From Candidatus Dormiibacterota bacterium (lineage in GTDB: Bacteria; Chloroflexota; Dormibacteria; Aeolococcales; Aeolococcaceae): DNA of 64,000 nt. The position numbers were made by a program, and so were the translations under genes. Positions 50,377-59,142 of the stretch are shown here, piece after piece. The DNA is taken from NCBI GenBank assembly GCA_963718525.1, contig OY970355.1, forward strand, positions 2,720,001 to 2,784,000. Reading direction: 5' to 3'. Within the stretch, counting starts at the first letter, position 1; every line of letters begins with the position of its first letter. Below the pieces are notes generated by a model. That model saw only the letters and a program-made list of their open reading frames with translations. It did not search any database and was not told where the DNA came from.

Positions 50377-50891
50377 GCGAGCCTCACCTCCGCGAGGTTG
50401 GCAAGCCCCTCAACCACCCGCGCAGCGGGGAGTCGCAGCAAGCCCTCCGGCGCGAGCCTGATCTTCATGGACCGGCTACCCCCGCCGATCACCACGGTGT
50501 CCGGGACCATGACCCGAGAATCGATGTAGAGGGGCATATCGTCCGGCAGGCCGAAGGGTGTGACCCCGCCGATCATCATGCCGGTGATCTCGCGGGTCTG
50601 GTCCGCCGTGGCGAAGGACGCCTTGCGCACCCCGAGCAGATCGCAGACGGCGTGGTTCACGTCGAGCCGGCAGGTCGCGAGCACGACACACGCACAGGCG
50701 ATCCCCGGCTCCTTGCGAGCTGCGACCACGATCGTGTTGGCGGACTCCTCCGGGGAAACGCCGTATCTGGCGCAGAACGCCGCCGTGTCGGCGAATTCCG
50801 GGTCGCACGCGATCGTCTCGTGCTCGACACCGAGCGCCGCAAGCCTGTCGCGAACCAGCGTCTCGATGGCGGACGGATCGTCAATCAGCAT
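50373..50891 (-). CDS. YbaK/EbsC family protein
   Basis: SANTIVV, TGMMIGGVTPFG and GGGSRS motifs. Confidence 0.88.
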   Translation of the reverse strand: MLIDDPSAIETLVRDRLAALGVEHETIACDPEFADTAAFCARYGVSPEESANTIVVAARKEPGIACACVVLATCRLDVNHAVCDLLGVRKASFATADQTREITGMMIGGVTPFGLPDDMPLYIDSRVMVPDTVVIGGGSRSMKIRLAPEGLLRLPAARVVEGLANLAEVRLA

Positions 50892-50929
50892 CGCGTCCGT
50901 GCGGCCGACCCGTAAAGTCGTCCCTCAGC

Positions 50930-52072
50930 ATGCGCATCATCGCTCCCACAGAGACCGCGCCCGGCGAGACCCGTGTCGCACTGGTTCCGCGCTCGGTGAC
51001 GCAGCTCGTGTCCACGGGTGCAACGGTAGCCATTCAGGCGGGTGCCGGGACGGCGGCGGGGATCGCCGACGACGCGTACCGCGAGGTGGGCGCCGAGGTT
51101 GTCGCCGATCGGGCGGCGCTCCTGGAAGGCGCGGACATCGCAGTGGTCGTCCGCCGTCCCGACGTGGAGACGGCCGGCCATCTCAAACGGGGTTCGATCC
51201 TGGTCGGGGTGTTGGAGCCGGCAGGTGACAGCGCCTTGGTTCGCGTCCTGGTTGACGGGGGCGTCACCGCCTTCCGCCTCGAGGCGATGCCGCGGATCAG
51301 CCGCGCACAGGACATGGACGTGCTCTCGTCGATGGCCACGCTTGCCGGGTACCACGCCGCCGTCATGGCCGCATACCGCCTGCCACGCATCTTCCCGTTG
51401 ATGATGACCGCCGCCGGAACCATCACCCCGGCCCGCGCGCTGATCCTCGGCGCGGGCGTTGCGGGGCTGCAGGCCATCGCGACCTGCCGCCGGCTCGGGG
51501 CGGTGGTCGAGGCATTCGACGTCCGGCCGGCGGTGCGGGACCAGGTCGAGTCGCTGGGTGCGCGCTTCGTCGAGACCGGAGTCGAATCCGACACGCAGCA
51601 GGACACCGGTGGTTATGCCCGCGAGCTCGAGGCCGATGCGCAGGCACGCCAGGCTCAGGTGCTCGCCGAGCACGTCAAAGAGGCGGACGTGGTCATCAGC
51701 ACGGCGCAGATCCCCAATCGCAAGGCCCCGGTCCTGGTCACGGCCGCCATGGTCGCAACCATGCGGACCGGTTCGGTCATCGTCGACCTCGCCGCCCCGG
51801 GCGGCGGCAACTGCGAGCTCACGCGCCCCGACGAAGAGGTCGAGAGCGGTGGTGTGCTCATTCTCGGGCCAACCAACCTCCCCGCCGCGATCCCGGGTCA
51901 GGCGAGCCAGCTGTACTCGCACAACGCAACGCGATTTCTGAGTCAGCTGATCAAAGACGGGCAGGTGCATCTCGATTTCGACGACGTGGTGATCAGCCAG
52001 ACATGCATCACTCATGACGGCAAGCCGATCGGTGAACAGATCGAGGCGCTGCTCCAGGGAACCACGGCGTGA
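50930..52072 (+). CDS. pntA: NAD(P) transhydrogenase subunit alpha, part 1
   Basis: GETRVALVP, PRISRAQ.MDVLSS, GAGVAGL and GGNCE motifs. Confidence 0.93.
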   Translation: MRIIAPTETAPGETRVALVPRSVTQLVSTGATVAIQAGAGTAAGIADDAYREVGAEVVADRAALLEGADIAVVVRRPDVETAGHLKRGSILVGVLEPAGDSALVRVLVDGGVTAFRLEAMPRISRAQDMDVLSSMATLAGYHAAVMAAYRLPRIFPLMMTAAGTITPARALILGAGVAGLQAIATCRRLGAVVEAFDVRPAVRDQVESLGARFVETGVESDTQQDTGGYARELEADAQARQAQVLAEHVKEADVVISTAQIPNRKAPVLVTAAMVATMRTGSVIVDLAAPGGGNCELTRPDEEVESGGVLILGPTNLPAAIPGQASQLYSHNATRFLSQLIKDGQVHLDFDDVVISQTCITHDGKPIGEQIEALLQGTTA

Positions 52073-52410
52073 GCCCCGGCCAGACGCTTGCCCTCGGCGC
52101 GTTCATCTTCGCGCTCGCGGTGTTCGTCGGGTTCCTGCTCATCTCGAAGGTTCCGACAATGCTCCATACGCCGCTCATGTCCGGGACCAACTTCATTCAC
52201 GGGATCGTGCTGGTCGGGGCGCTCACCGTCGCCGCGACAGTGAACGACACGCTCGGCTACATCATCAGCATCGCCGCGGTGCTGCTCGGCACGCTCAACG
52301 TCGTCGGCGGATGGGTGGTCACCGACCGCATGCTCCAGATGTTCCGGCGACGTCCTGCATCGGGTGAGCAGCACAAGGCCGAAGCTCCCCCGGCGGAACC
52401 GGGACACTGA
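52069..52410 (+). CDS. pntA: NAD(P) transhydrogenase subunit alpha, part 2
   Basis: LHTPLMSGTN and NVVGGW.VTDRML motifs. Confidence 0.93.
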   Translation: MSPGQTLALGAFIFALAVFVGFLLISKVPTMLHTPLMSGTNFIHGIVLVGALTVAATVNDTLGYIISIAAVLLGTLNVVGGWVVTDRMLQMFRRRPASGEQHKAEAPPAEPGH

Positions 52411-52415
52411 CCGAG

Positions 52416-53810
52416 ATGCAGCCCTCCGCGCTGACCACCATCGGCTACATGCTGACCGCGATCAGCTTCATGTTCGGCATCCAATTGCTGCGCTCGCCGG
52501 CGACGGCGAGGACAGGAAATCGCATTGCGGCGATCGGCATGCTCCTCGTGCTCGGCATCACCGCAGCGCTCATTCACAACACGAGCAACTGGCCGCTGAT
52601 CATTCCTCCGATCGTCGTCGGTACGGCCATCGGCGCGGTGTCGGCGCGGCTCGTGCGGATGACCGCCATGCCGCAGATGGTGGCGCTGTTCAACGGCATG
52701 GGCGGCGGCTCGGCCGCGCTCATCGCCGTGCAGGACTTCCGCACCGCCGTGGCCCACGGGACCGCGACACCCGATATCGCGTGGGCGATCATGGTGAGCT
52801 GCGTGATCGGCTCACTCAGCTTTGCGGGCAGCCTGGTTGCCTTCGCAAAGCTGCAGGAATTGATGCCCGGGCGGCCGCTGACCTATCGGTTGCAGAGCGC
52901 CGTGAACGGGTTGCTGCTGCTGGTCATTCTCGCGCTCGGCGTCTACCTCGTCGTCGCCAACCAGAACCTGACGCTGTTCACCGTGTTCGTCATCCTTGCA
53001 CTGATCCTCGGCGTGCTGTTCGTAGTGCCGATCGGCGGCGCCGACATGCCCGTGATCATCTCGCTGCTCAACTCGTTCACGGAACTCGCCGCCGCCAGCA
53101 CGGGGTTCGTGCTCAGCAATGACGTGCTCATCGTCAGCGGTGCGCTGGTGGGTGCGTCGGGAACCATCCTCACCCTGGCGATGAGCAAGGCGATGAACCG
53201 ATCGCTGTTCAACGTGCTCTTCAGCGGCTTCGGTTCCAAGATCGAGTCCGCCGGCAGCGCGGCCGGCACTGATGGCGGCAGCATCCATCCAACCACCGTC
53301 GAGGACGTTGCCCCGCTGCTCGCGTTCGCGCAACTCGTGGTGTTCGTCCCCGGCTACGGCATGGCCGTCGCGCGTGCGCAGCACGAGGTCAAGGAGCTCG
53401 CCGACGAGCTCGAGAAGCGCGGAGTGACTGTCGAATACGCGATTCACCCTGTCGCTGGACGCATGCCCGGTCACATGAACGTCCTGCTGGCCGAGGCCAA
53501 CGTGCCCTATCCACAGCTCAAGGAGATGGATGAGGTCAACGGTGACTTCCCCCGAACCGACGTGGCGGTCGTGATCGGTGCCAATGACGTCGTCAACCCC
53601 GCGGCACGCACCCAGACCAACAGTCCCATCTATGGGATGCCCATCCTCAACGTCGACCAGGCGAAAACCGTCGTGGTGATCAAGCGCAGCATGGCGCCGG
53701 GATTCGCGGGCGTTGACAACCCGCTGTTCTATAAGCCGAACACCCTCATGTTGTTCGGCGACGCACGCACCGCCGTCGCTTCACTGATCGCCGAGGTCAA
53801 GAAGCAGTAG
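52416..53810 (+). CDS. pntB: NAD(P) transhydrogenase subunit beta
   Basis: MTAMPQMVA, IGGADMPV, HPVAGRMPGHMNV and GANDVVNP motifs. Confidence 0.95.
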   Translation: MQPSALTTIGYMLTAISFMFGIQLLRSPATARTGNRIAAIGMLLVLGITAALIHNTSNWPLIIPPIVVGTAIGAVSARLVRMTAMPQMVALFNGMGGGSAALIAVQDFRTAVAHGTATPDIAWAIMVSCVIGSLSFAGSLVAFAKLQELMPGRPLTYRLQSAVNGLLLLVILALGVYLVVANQNLTLFTVFVILALILGVLFVVPIGGADMPVIISLLNSFTELAAASTGFVLSNDVLIVSGALVGASGTILTLAMSKAMNRSLFNVLFSGFGSKIESAGSAAGTDGGSIHPTTVEDVAPLLAFAQLVVFVPGYGMAVARAQHEVKELADELEKRGVTVEYAIHPVAGRMPGHMNVLLAEANVPYPQLKEMDEVNGDFPRTDVAVVIGANDVVNPAARTQTNSPIYGMPILNVDQAKTVVVIKRSMAPGFAGVDNPLFYKPNTLMLFGDARTAVASLIAEVKKQ

Positions 53811-54198
53811 GCGGCAGTTTCCCGGCGGACGCGACGCTGCGCAGGGCATTGAGCAGGTCCGCCGGCGCGGTGTCCTTCACGACATAGCCGACGGCGCCGC
53901 TCTTCAACGCTTCCACCATGCGCTCGTGGCCGCCAAATGAGGTCAGCATCATCACCCGGGTACCCGGTGCCTTCTCGACGAGCCGCCGGGTCGCCTCGAT
54001 GCCGCCCATGCCGGGCATGGACAGATCCATCAACACCACGTCAGGGTGGAGCTCCTGAGCCATCTCGAGGGCCTGTTCGCCCGAATCGGCGAGGCCGACC
54101 ACCTCGATGTCAGGCTCGTGACCGAGAAACGAGGCAAGCCCCTTGCGGACGACCGGGTGGTCGTCCACGATCATGACGCGAGTCGCTTGAGGGGCCAT
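53797..54198 (-). CDS. NarL-type response regulator, receiver domain only
   Basis: DDHPVVR, DVVLMD..MP, T and K motifs; ends at 133 aa with no LuxR HTH. Confidence 0.85.
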   Translation of the reverse strand: MAPQATRVMIVDDHPVVRKGLASFLGHEPDIEVVGLADSGEQALEMAQELHPDVVLMDLSMPGMGGIEATRRLVEKAPGTRVMMLTSFGGHERMVEALKSGAVGYVVKDTAPADLLNALRSVASAGKLPPTAS

Positions 54199-54210
54199 CC
54201 GTCACCCACT

Positions 54211-55710
54211 CTACTCGATGGGCAGCGTCAAAACGACAAGCGTTCCTCGACCCGGTTCGGAGTCGATGGTGAGCGTGCCTCCGGCGTCCTCGGCGAGCTC
54301 GACGATTGCCGCGGTGCCGAGGTGTCCTTCGGCTCTTCGGCGCTCGACGTCCTTCTCGCTGAAGCCTTTTCCGTCGTCCTCGATGCTGAGGACGGCGGAG
54401 CCGTCCTCCGTGGTGAGATGCACTTTCACGTTCTTTGCGTGCGCGTGCGCCACGACGTTGCGAAGGATCTCGTGCGCCACCCGGAAGATGAGCGCTCCGC
54501 GGTCTTCACGAAGCCTGAGATTCGGCGGCAGGTCGAGCTCAGTGTTGGTTCCCTTGCGCTTCATCTCGCGCAACACCTCGAGGAGCGCAGCCTGAAGGCC
54601 CTCCCGGCGAAGCGTCGGCGGCGCCAGTTCGATGATCAGCGTGCGCAGATCCTTCATGGCGCCGCGGGTCTCCGTCGCTGAGATTTCCAGAAGCTCGAGC
54701 AGGTTGTTGTCGCCATGCTTGTCGTCCGGCGTCAGGCGCAGATGGGACGCCTCAGCGGACAGCGCGAAGGCCATCCCGGCCAGGTTCTGGACCACTCCGT
54801 CATGAAGGTCGCGAGCGATGCGTCGCCGCTCCGCCTCGGAGGCTTCGACCGCTTTTTGGAGCAGTTCCTCGCGTTCCTTCTGATGCGCGGCGCGCTGCTC
54901 CTCGTAGGCGTTCACGCGACGAGCGAAGATGATGAGGAAGCCGTGCAGCAGGATGACCGGCGCCAGTAGGGCCATGAATCCCACGGTTTTGGCGTCGTTG
55001 TACATGGTCACGAAGGCGAATGCAGCGAAACCGTAGCCGATGCTGTATGGGAGTACCGACAGACGTCCTCGCAGGACGCGCGTGATGGGGACGTGGGGGT
55101 CCGACAGGTGAATGACCACTGCGACGAAGCCGGAGTTCACCGTGAAGTGGACGAATCCCGCGGCCAGCCCCGCCAGCAGGGCTGAACCTGTTCCGCGTCC
55201 GTTGCCGGGACCGTTGACCCACACGAAGACGAGCCACGCCGCGACGTTGGCAATGAATTCGTTCGCCATGTTGAAGCTCGTTCGAAACCAACCGTTGTGG
55301 TTGCGAACGGATACGCCGATCGGCTCGGCGAGTGCGCCGACCGCCGCGCCTGCGGGACCGAACGTCACCGAAAGGCCGAGGTGGACGAACGCCGTCGGAA
55401 CCCACGAGACATTTGCCGGCGGAGCTGACCTGATCGCGAAGACGGCCATCAGGAAGATGGTCATCCCCGCCACCACGAAGGTGGTGTAGTCGACGGTCAC
55501 CCGCACCCTCAGCACGGAGATCACCGCTATGGCGATTGCCGCCACGACCGTCGCGCCGACATACGCAACCAGCCCAAGGTTGTAGTCGACTGGTCCGAGC
55601 GCCGGCGACTTGGGGAGAAGGTCCAGGCGCCGAATGGCCAGCACTGCGCTGCGAAACCAACCGCCCTTTTCAGCCCCATGCGTCCGCGGCGCGATGATGT
55701 CCTGCGCCAT
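54211..55710 (-). CDS. HisKA_3 sensor histidine kinase with multi-TM integral membrane sensor domain
   Basis: ERRRIARDLHD H-box, E..RNVVAH, DDGKGF and GGTL..S.PG.GT; N-terminal hydrophobic helices. Confidence 0.9.
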   Translation of the reverse strand: MAQDIIAPRTHGAEKGGWFRSAVLAIRRLDLLPKSPALGPVDYNLGLVAYVGATVVAAIAIAVISVLRVRVTVDYTTFVVAGMTIFLMAVFAIRSAPPANVSWVPTAFVHLGLSVTFGPAGAAVGALAEPIGVSVRNHNGWFRTSFNMANEFIANVAAWLVFVWVNGPGNGRGTGSALLAGLAAGFVHFTVNSGFVAVVIHLSDPHVPITRVLRGRLSVLPYSIGYGFAAFAFVTMYNDAKTVGFMALLAPVILLHGFLIIFARRVNAYEEQRAAHQKEREELLQKAVEASEAERRRIARDLHDGVVQNLAGMAFALSAEASHLRLTPDDKHGDNNLLELLEISATETRGAMKDLRTLIIELAPPTLRREGLQAALLEVLREMKRKGTNTELDLPPNLRLREDRGALIFRVAHEILRNVVAHAHAKNVKVHLTTEDGSAVLSIEDDGKGFSEKDVERRRAEGHLGTAAIVELAEDAGGTLTIDSEPGRGTLVVLTLPIE

Positions 55711-56002
55711 GCGACCGATCCTATTCCGCTCGCGCAAGACGACAGGGGTTGCGTGACAACATTGTCAGCGCGTCACGGAGAAAACCCTGTCCCATCCTCA
55801 CGTTTGACGCGTTGTTTCGCGTGCAGCGCGTCGCTCGCGTCAGTAATGTCAACGCGAAAACTCAGCGAAGAAATGTGAACGTGAGATCAGACGTCTGGTC
55901 TTAAGCCCAAAGAACCTCCGCAGGGTTACAGTACGCGCAACACCCACGCGCCGACGGTCAGGTCTCACGCTACCCGACGGCGCATTTTCTTAGGAGGTTC
56001 CC

Positions 56003-56035
56003 ATGGCTACTTGGGGCGACGTCGACAACTGGTAG
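56003..56035 (+). CDS. putative micropeptide MATWGDVDNW
   Basis: TAGGAGG-TTCCC-ATG GCT ACT TGG GGC GAC GTC GAC AAC TGG TAG in an otherwise intergenic region. Confidence 0.6.
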   Translation: MATWGDVDNW

Positions 56036-56092
56036 ACCCTAGGGTTGCCCGGCACTCACTGTAGAGCGCCGGTGTGACGATCTATTGGGTAA

Positions 56093-57466
56093 TTGCGTGA
56101 CAGGCCTTTAACGGGTCGATCGCGTCATTATCACGGAGGGGGCCCACGGGCGGGCTGCCGGGTGCGCAACTGCGGCGCATTCGGCTCCGGGTTGGGTCCG
56201 CTCGCGTACGCTTGCGTCGCGATTGAGCACTCCAAAAAGGAAACGACGCTGAGGTCCTCGGCGGATGCGTCCACCGACCGTTTGAGCACGCATCGAGGTG
56301 TGCTGAGGCCCCCTGTTCGACTGCTCATCGCTGCTGGGACGTCCTTCTACGGGGACTGGCTCACGACGGTGGCCCTGGTCGTGCTCCTCTACCGCGTGAC
56401 CCAGTCCCCGCTCGGACCCGCTGTGTACATGCTCGCCCGGGTGGCGCCCAGATTGATCGGACCATTCCCGGGCGGCGCGCTCGCTGATCGGTTCGGACCC
56501 GCCCGTATCGCGGCCGTCTGCGCGGTGCTGCAGGGGCTGCTGACCGCATCAATCGTGGTGCTTGCCGATACCGGGCTCATCTGGCCGATCTTTGTGGTGG
56601 TGGCGTTGGCCCAATTCCTGAGCTCTGCCGCGCAACCGTGCTACGGGGCCCTGGTCCCCCGGGTCACCGATGCGTCGGGCCTGGGCAGGATCCAGGGCAT
56701 CTTCGCGGCGCTGAACAGCTCCAGCCTGATGATCTCGCCGGTGATCGGTGCGCTGCTGCTCCCCTTCCTGGCCCCGGAGGTGCTGATCGCCATCGACGCC
56801 GGCACATTCTTCGTCGCGGCCGCACTGGTTGGATCACTCGCCGGCGTCGGACGGGCGACGCCAGGGCAGGCTGGGAGCACTCGGGGCATGTCGGCGGGGA
56901 TTCCGATCGTCTTTCGCGATCCGATGCTTCGTTTCCTCGGCGCCGCGTACATCTCCAACGCCGCTGCGGTGACCGCCTTGCAGGCCGTGCTGGTCGTTGC
57001 CGCGGCGCAACGCTTCGGCCATGACACAGCGGTGGGCTGGCTCTACGCCGCGGTTGGAGCCGGTTCGCTGCTGGGAACGTTCCCGGTGATCCGTCGAACG
57101 CCCGAACGAGTGACGCAGCTCCCGATCATCGCGGCGACCGTTCTTGAACTCGTCCCACTGGCCGCGTTCGTCTTCGTGACGAACATCGCACTCGCAATCG
57201 TCCTCCTGTTCATCAGCGCCACCGGGGCTACGCTGTACCAGACGAGAGGCGCGGTCGGCCTGCAGCAGCGCGTGCCACGCGACCTGTTGGGACGGACGAC
57301 CGCAGTCGAGCGCTTCGCGGGATCGCTCGGGATGCTGCTTGGCGCAATTGCCGCGGTCTCGCTGGTTCAACCGCTCGGCTGGCAATCGACGGTGCTCATT
57401 GTCTGCGCGCTTGGCGCGACCTTGCTGTTCGTCACAGCCGTGAGCGAGGGCGACAGTCCGGACTGA
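56093..57466 (+). CDS. MFS transporter (DHA3/MFS_3-like exporter), paralog 1
   Basis: S.YGDWL, GGALADRFG motif A, QQRVP.DLLGR; ~12 TM. The true start is probably later (~56250-56300). Confidence 0.85.
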   Translation: MRDRPLTGRSRHYHGGGPRAGCRVRNCGAFGSGLGPLAYACVAIEHSKKETTLRSSADASTDRLSTHRGVLRPPVRLLIAAGTSFYGDWLTTVALVVLLYRVTQSPLGPAVYMLARVAPRLIGPFPGGALADRFGPARIAAVCAVLQGLLTASIVVLADTGLIWPIFVVVALAQFLSSAAQPCYGALVPRVTDASGLGRIQGIFAALNSSSLMISPVIGALLLPFLAPEVLIAIDAGTFFVAAALVGSLAGVGRATPGQAGSTRGMSAGIPIVFRDPMLRFLGAAYISNAAAVTALQAVLVVAAAQRFGHDTAVGWLYAAVGAGSLLGTFPVIRRTPERVTQLPIIAATVLELVPLAAFVFVTNIALAIVLLFISATGATLYQTRGAVGLQQRVPRDLLGRTTAVERFAGSLGMLLGAIAAVSLVQPLGWQSTVLIVCALGATLLFVTAVSEGDSPD

Positions 57467-57661
57467 CCGTCCCGGGCGCTCATCAGGTGCGAGTCAACGT
57501 GCTGGGTAGGTTGGCAAAGAATTGTACAAGTTGCGTGAACGGTTGTTAACTCGCCCCAAGCCCGCCGAACGTGGCGAGTGTCAACCAGCCACCCTGAAGT
57601 GGCCACCTCGCCATTGATGTGTCGAGAATTCTGGTGTCGGCGGTATCCATTGGAGGCGGTT

Positions 57662-57688
57662 ATGGCGGACGGCGCGGCCTGGGGCTGA
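57662..57688 (+). CDS. putative micropeptide MADGAAWG
   Basis: GGAGG-CGGTT-ATG GCG GAC GGC GCG GCC TGG GGC TGA. Confidence 0.55.
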   Translation: MADGAAWG

Positions 57689-57704
57689 GCCCCACTTCGT
57701 TGAC

Positions 57705-57727
57705 CCCCGAGCTTGCTCGGGGTTTTT
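57705..57727 (+). terminator. intrinsic terminator between micropeptide 2 and MFS paralog 2
   Basis: CCCCGAG-CTTG-CTCGGGG-TTTTT. Confidence 0.8.
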
Positions 57728-57747
57728 GAATCCGTTGGTGCGACGTC

Positions 57748-59142
57748 GTGAGTCAGCTCACGACGTCGCGCTTCGTTTCGGCCCCTGCACCCGGAGTGGA
57801 TATGCCGATCGACGCGGCGCGATTCTTTCCTCGAGCCGCAGGCACGCTGCCGAAAGCTGATCGATCAGCGCGGCTGCTGCTTGCGGCCGGAGTCTCGACG
57901 TACGGCGATTGGTTGACCGTGGTCGCGCTCACCGTCCTGCTGTTCGGGATCACCCATCAGGCAGAGGCCCCCGCGCTCTACATCGTGGCGCGATTCGCCC
58001 CAAAGGTGCTCGGTCCAAACCTCGGCGGCGCGCTCGCCGATCGCTTTGGACCGAGCCGGGTCGCCGGCTGGTCAGCACTCGCGCAGTGCGTGCTGGTCTC
58101 CGGCATCGTCATCCTTGCGAACACCGGGACCGTCTGGGCGATTCTCGTGACGGTGGCCTGCGCGGGGTTCCTCGGATCCGTCGCACAGCCGGCGTACAGC
58201 GCATCCATTCCGCGAGTCACTCCGCCGGCCCGGCTCCTGCGCGTCAACGCGATCTACAGCGGTCTGTTCGAATCGAGCGTCCTCGTTGCACCGGTGATCG
58301 GTGCGCTCGTGATGCCGCTCATCAAGCCGCAGATCCTCGTCAGTGCCGACGCAGCCTCCTTCCTGATCGCAGGAGTGCTCATGCTCTCGCTCCGGGTCGG
58401 TCCTGCGGAGACCGTTGCATCGCGCGCCGGCGATCGCTCAGGTGCACGAGCCGTGCTGGCTCGAGACCCGATGCTGCGTGCGCTCGCCGCCTCGTTCTTC
58501 TGCAGCGCCGCTGCGATCACGACGCTCCAGGCAGTGCTGGTCGTCGCCGCCGTCCAGCGCTTCGGGAGCGCCACCGACGTCGGCTGGCTCTACGCGGCTG
58601 TCGGGGGCGGTGAAGTCATCGGCAGTCTCGTGCTCCTGCGGTCGAGCCCGCGCACCATCCGCGCTCGGGGTGTCGCCTTCGGCTTTCTCGTCGAGGTGAT
58701 CCCCATCGGCCTCTTCGCTTTCATCAGCGGCATGCTCCCGGCGATCGGCCTGCTCTTCGTCAGCACCGCAGCCGCCGCGATCTATCAAACACGCGGCCAG
58801 ACCGCCCTCCAGCAGCGCGTCCCCCCGGAGATGCTCGGGAGGGTCAATGGCCTGCTTCGCATGCTGCTCTACCTCGGCATGCTGGTCGGAGCCGTCGCCG
58901 CTGCAGTCCTCGTCGAGGCGATCGGCTGGACGGTGCTCGTGCTGGGAGCCACGACGGTCTCGGTCGTCGCCTTCGTCCCCGCGGCCCTCACCTACCGGCG
59001 GGGTCCACGGCGTCCCGACGAGGTCAACCTCGCCGGGACACCAATGGTGCCGGTCTCAGGTCAGACCGCGACCGCCTCGCGGGCTTCCTTCTCGATCGGC
59101 AGGCCCACGGAGTTTCCCCACTCGCTCCACGACCCGTCGTAG
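57748..59142 (+). CDS. MFS transporter (DHA3/MFS_3-like exporter), paralog 2
   Basis: STYGDWL, GGALADRFG and QQRVPPEMLGR; colinear with the 56093-57466 protein. Confidence 0.85.
   Translation: MSQLTTSRFVSAPAPGVDMPIDAARFFPRAAGTLPKADRSARLLLAAGVSTYGDWLTVVALTVLLFGITHQAEAPALYIVARFAPKVLGPNLGGALADRFGPSRVAGWSALAQCVLVSGIVILANTGTVWAILVTVACAGFLGSVAQPAYSASIPRVTPPARLLRVNAIYSGLFESSVLVAPVIGALVMPLIKPQILVSADAASFLIAGVLMLSLRVGPAETVASRAGDRSGARAVLARDPMLRALAASFFCSAAAITTLQAVLVVAAVQRFGSATDVGWLYAAVGGGEVIGSLVLLRSSPRTIRARGVAFGFLVEVIPIGLFAFISGMLPAIGLLFVSTAAAAIYQTRGQTALQQRVPPEMLGRVNGLLRMLLYLGMLVGAVAAAVLVEAIGWTVLVLGATTVSVVAFVPAALTYRRGPRRPDEVNLAGTPMVPVSGQTATASRASFSIGRPTEFPHSLHDPS

Noticed and set aside
56003-57688. Micropeptides as RiPP precursors (Trp cross-linked or prenylated)
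   Set aside because: No radical SAM, P450, prenyltransferase or peptidase is encoded in the locus; modification in trans cannot be excluded.
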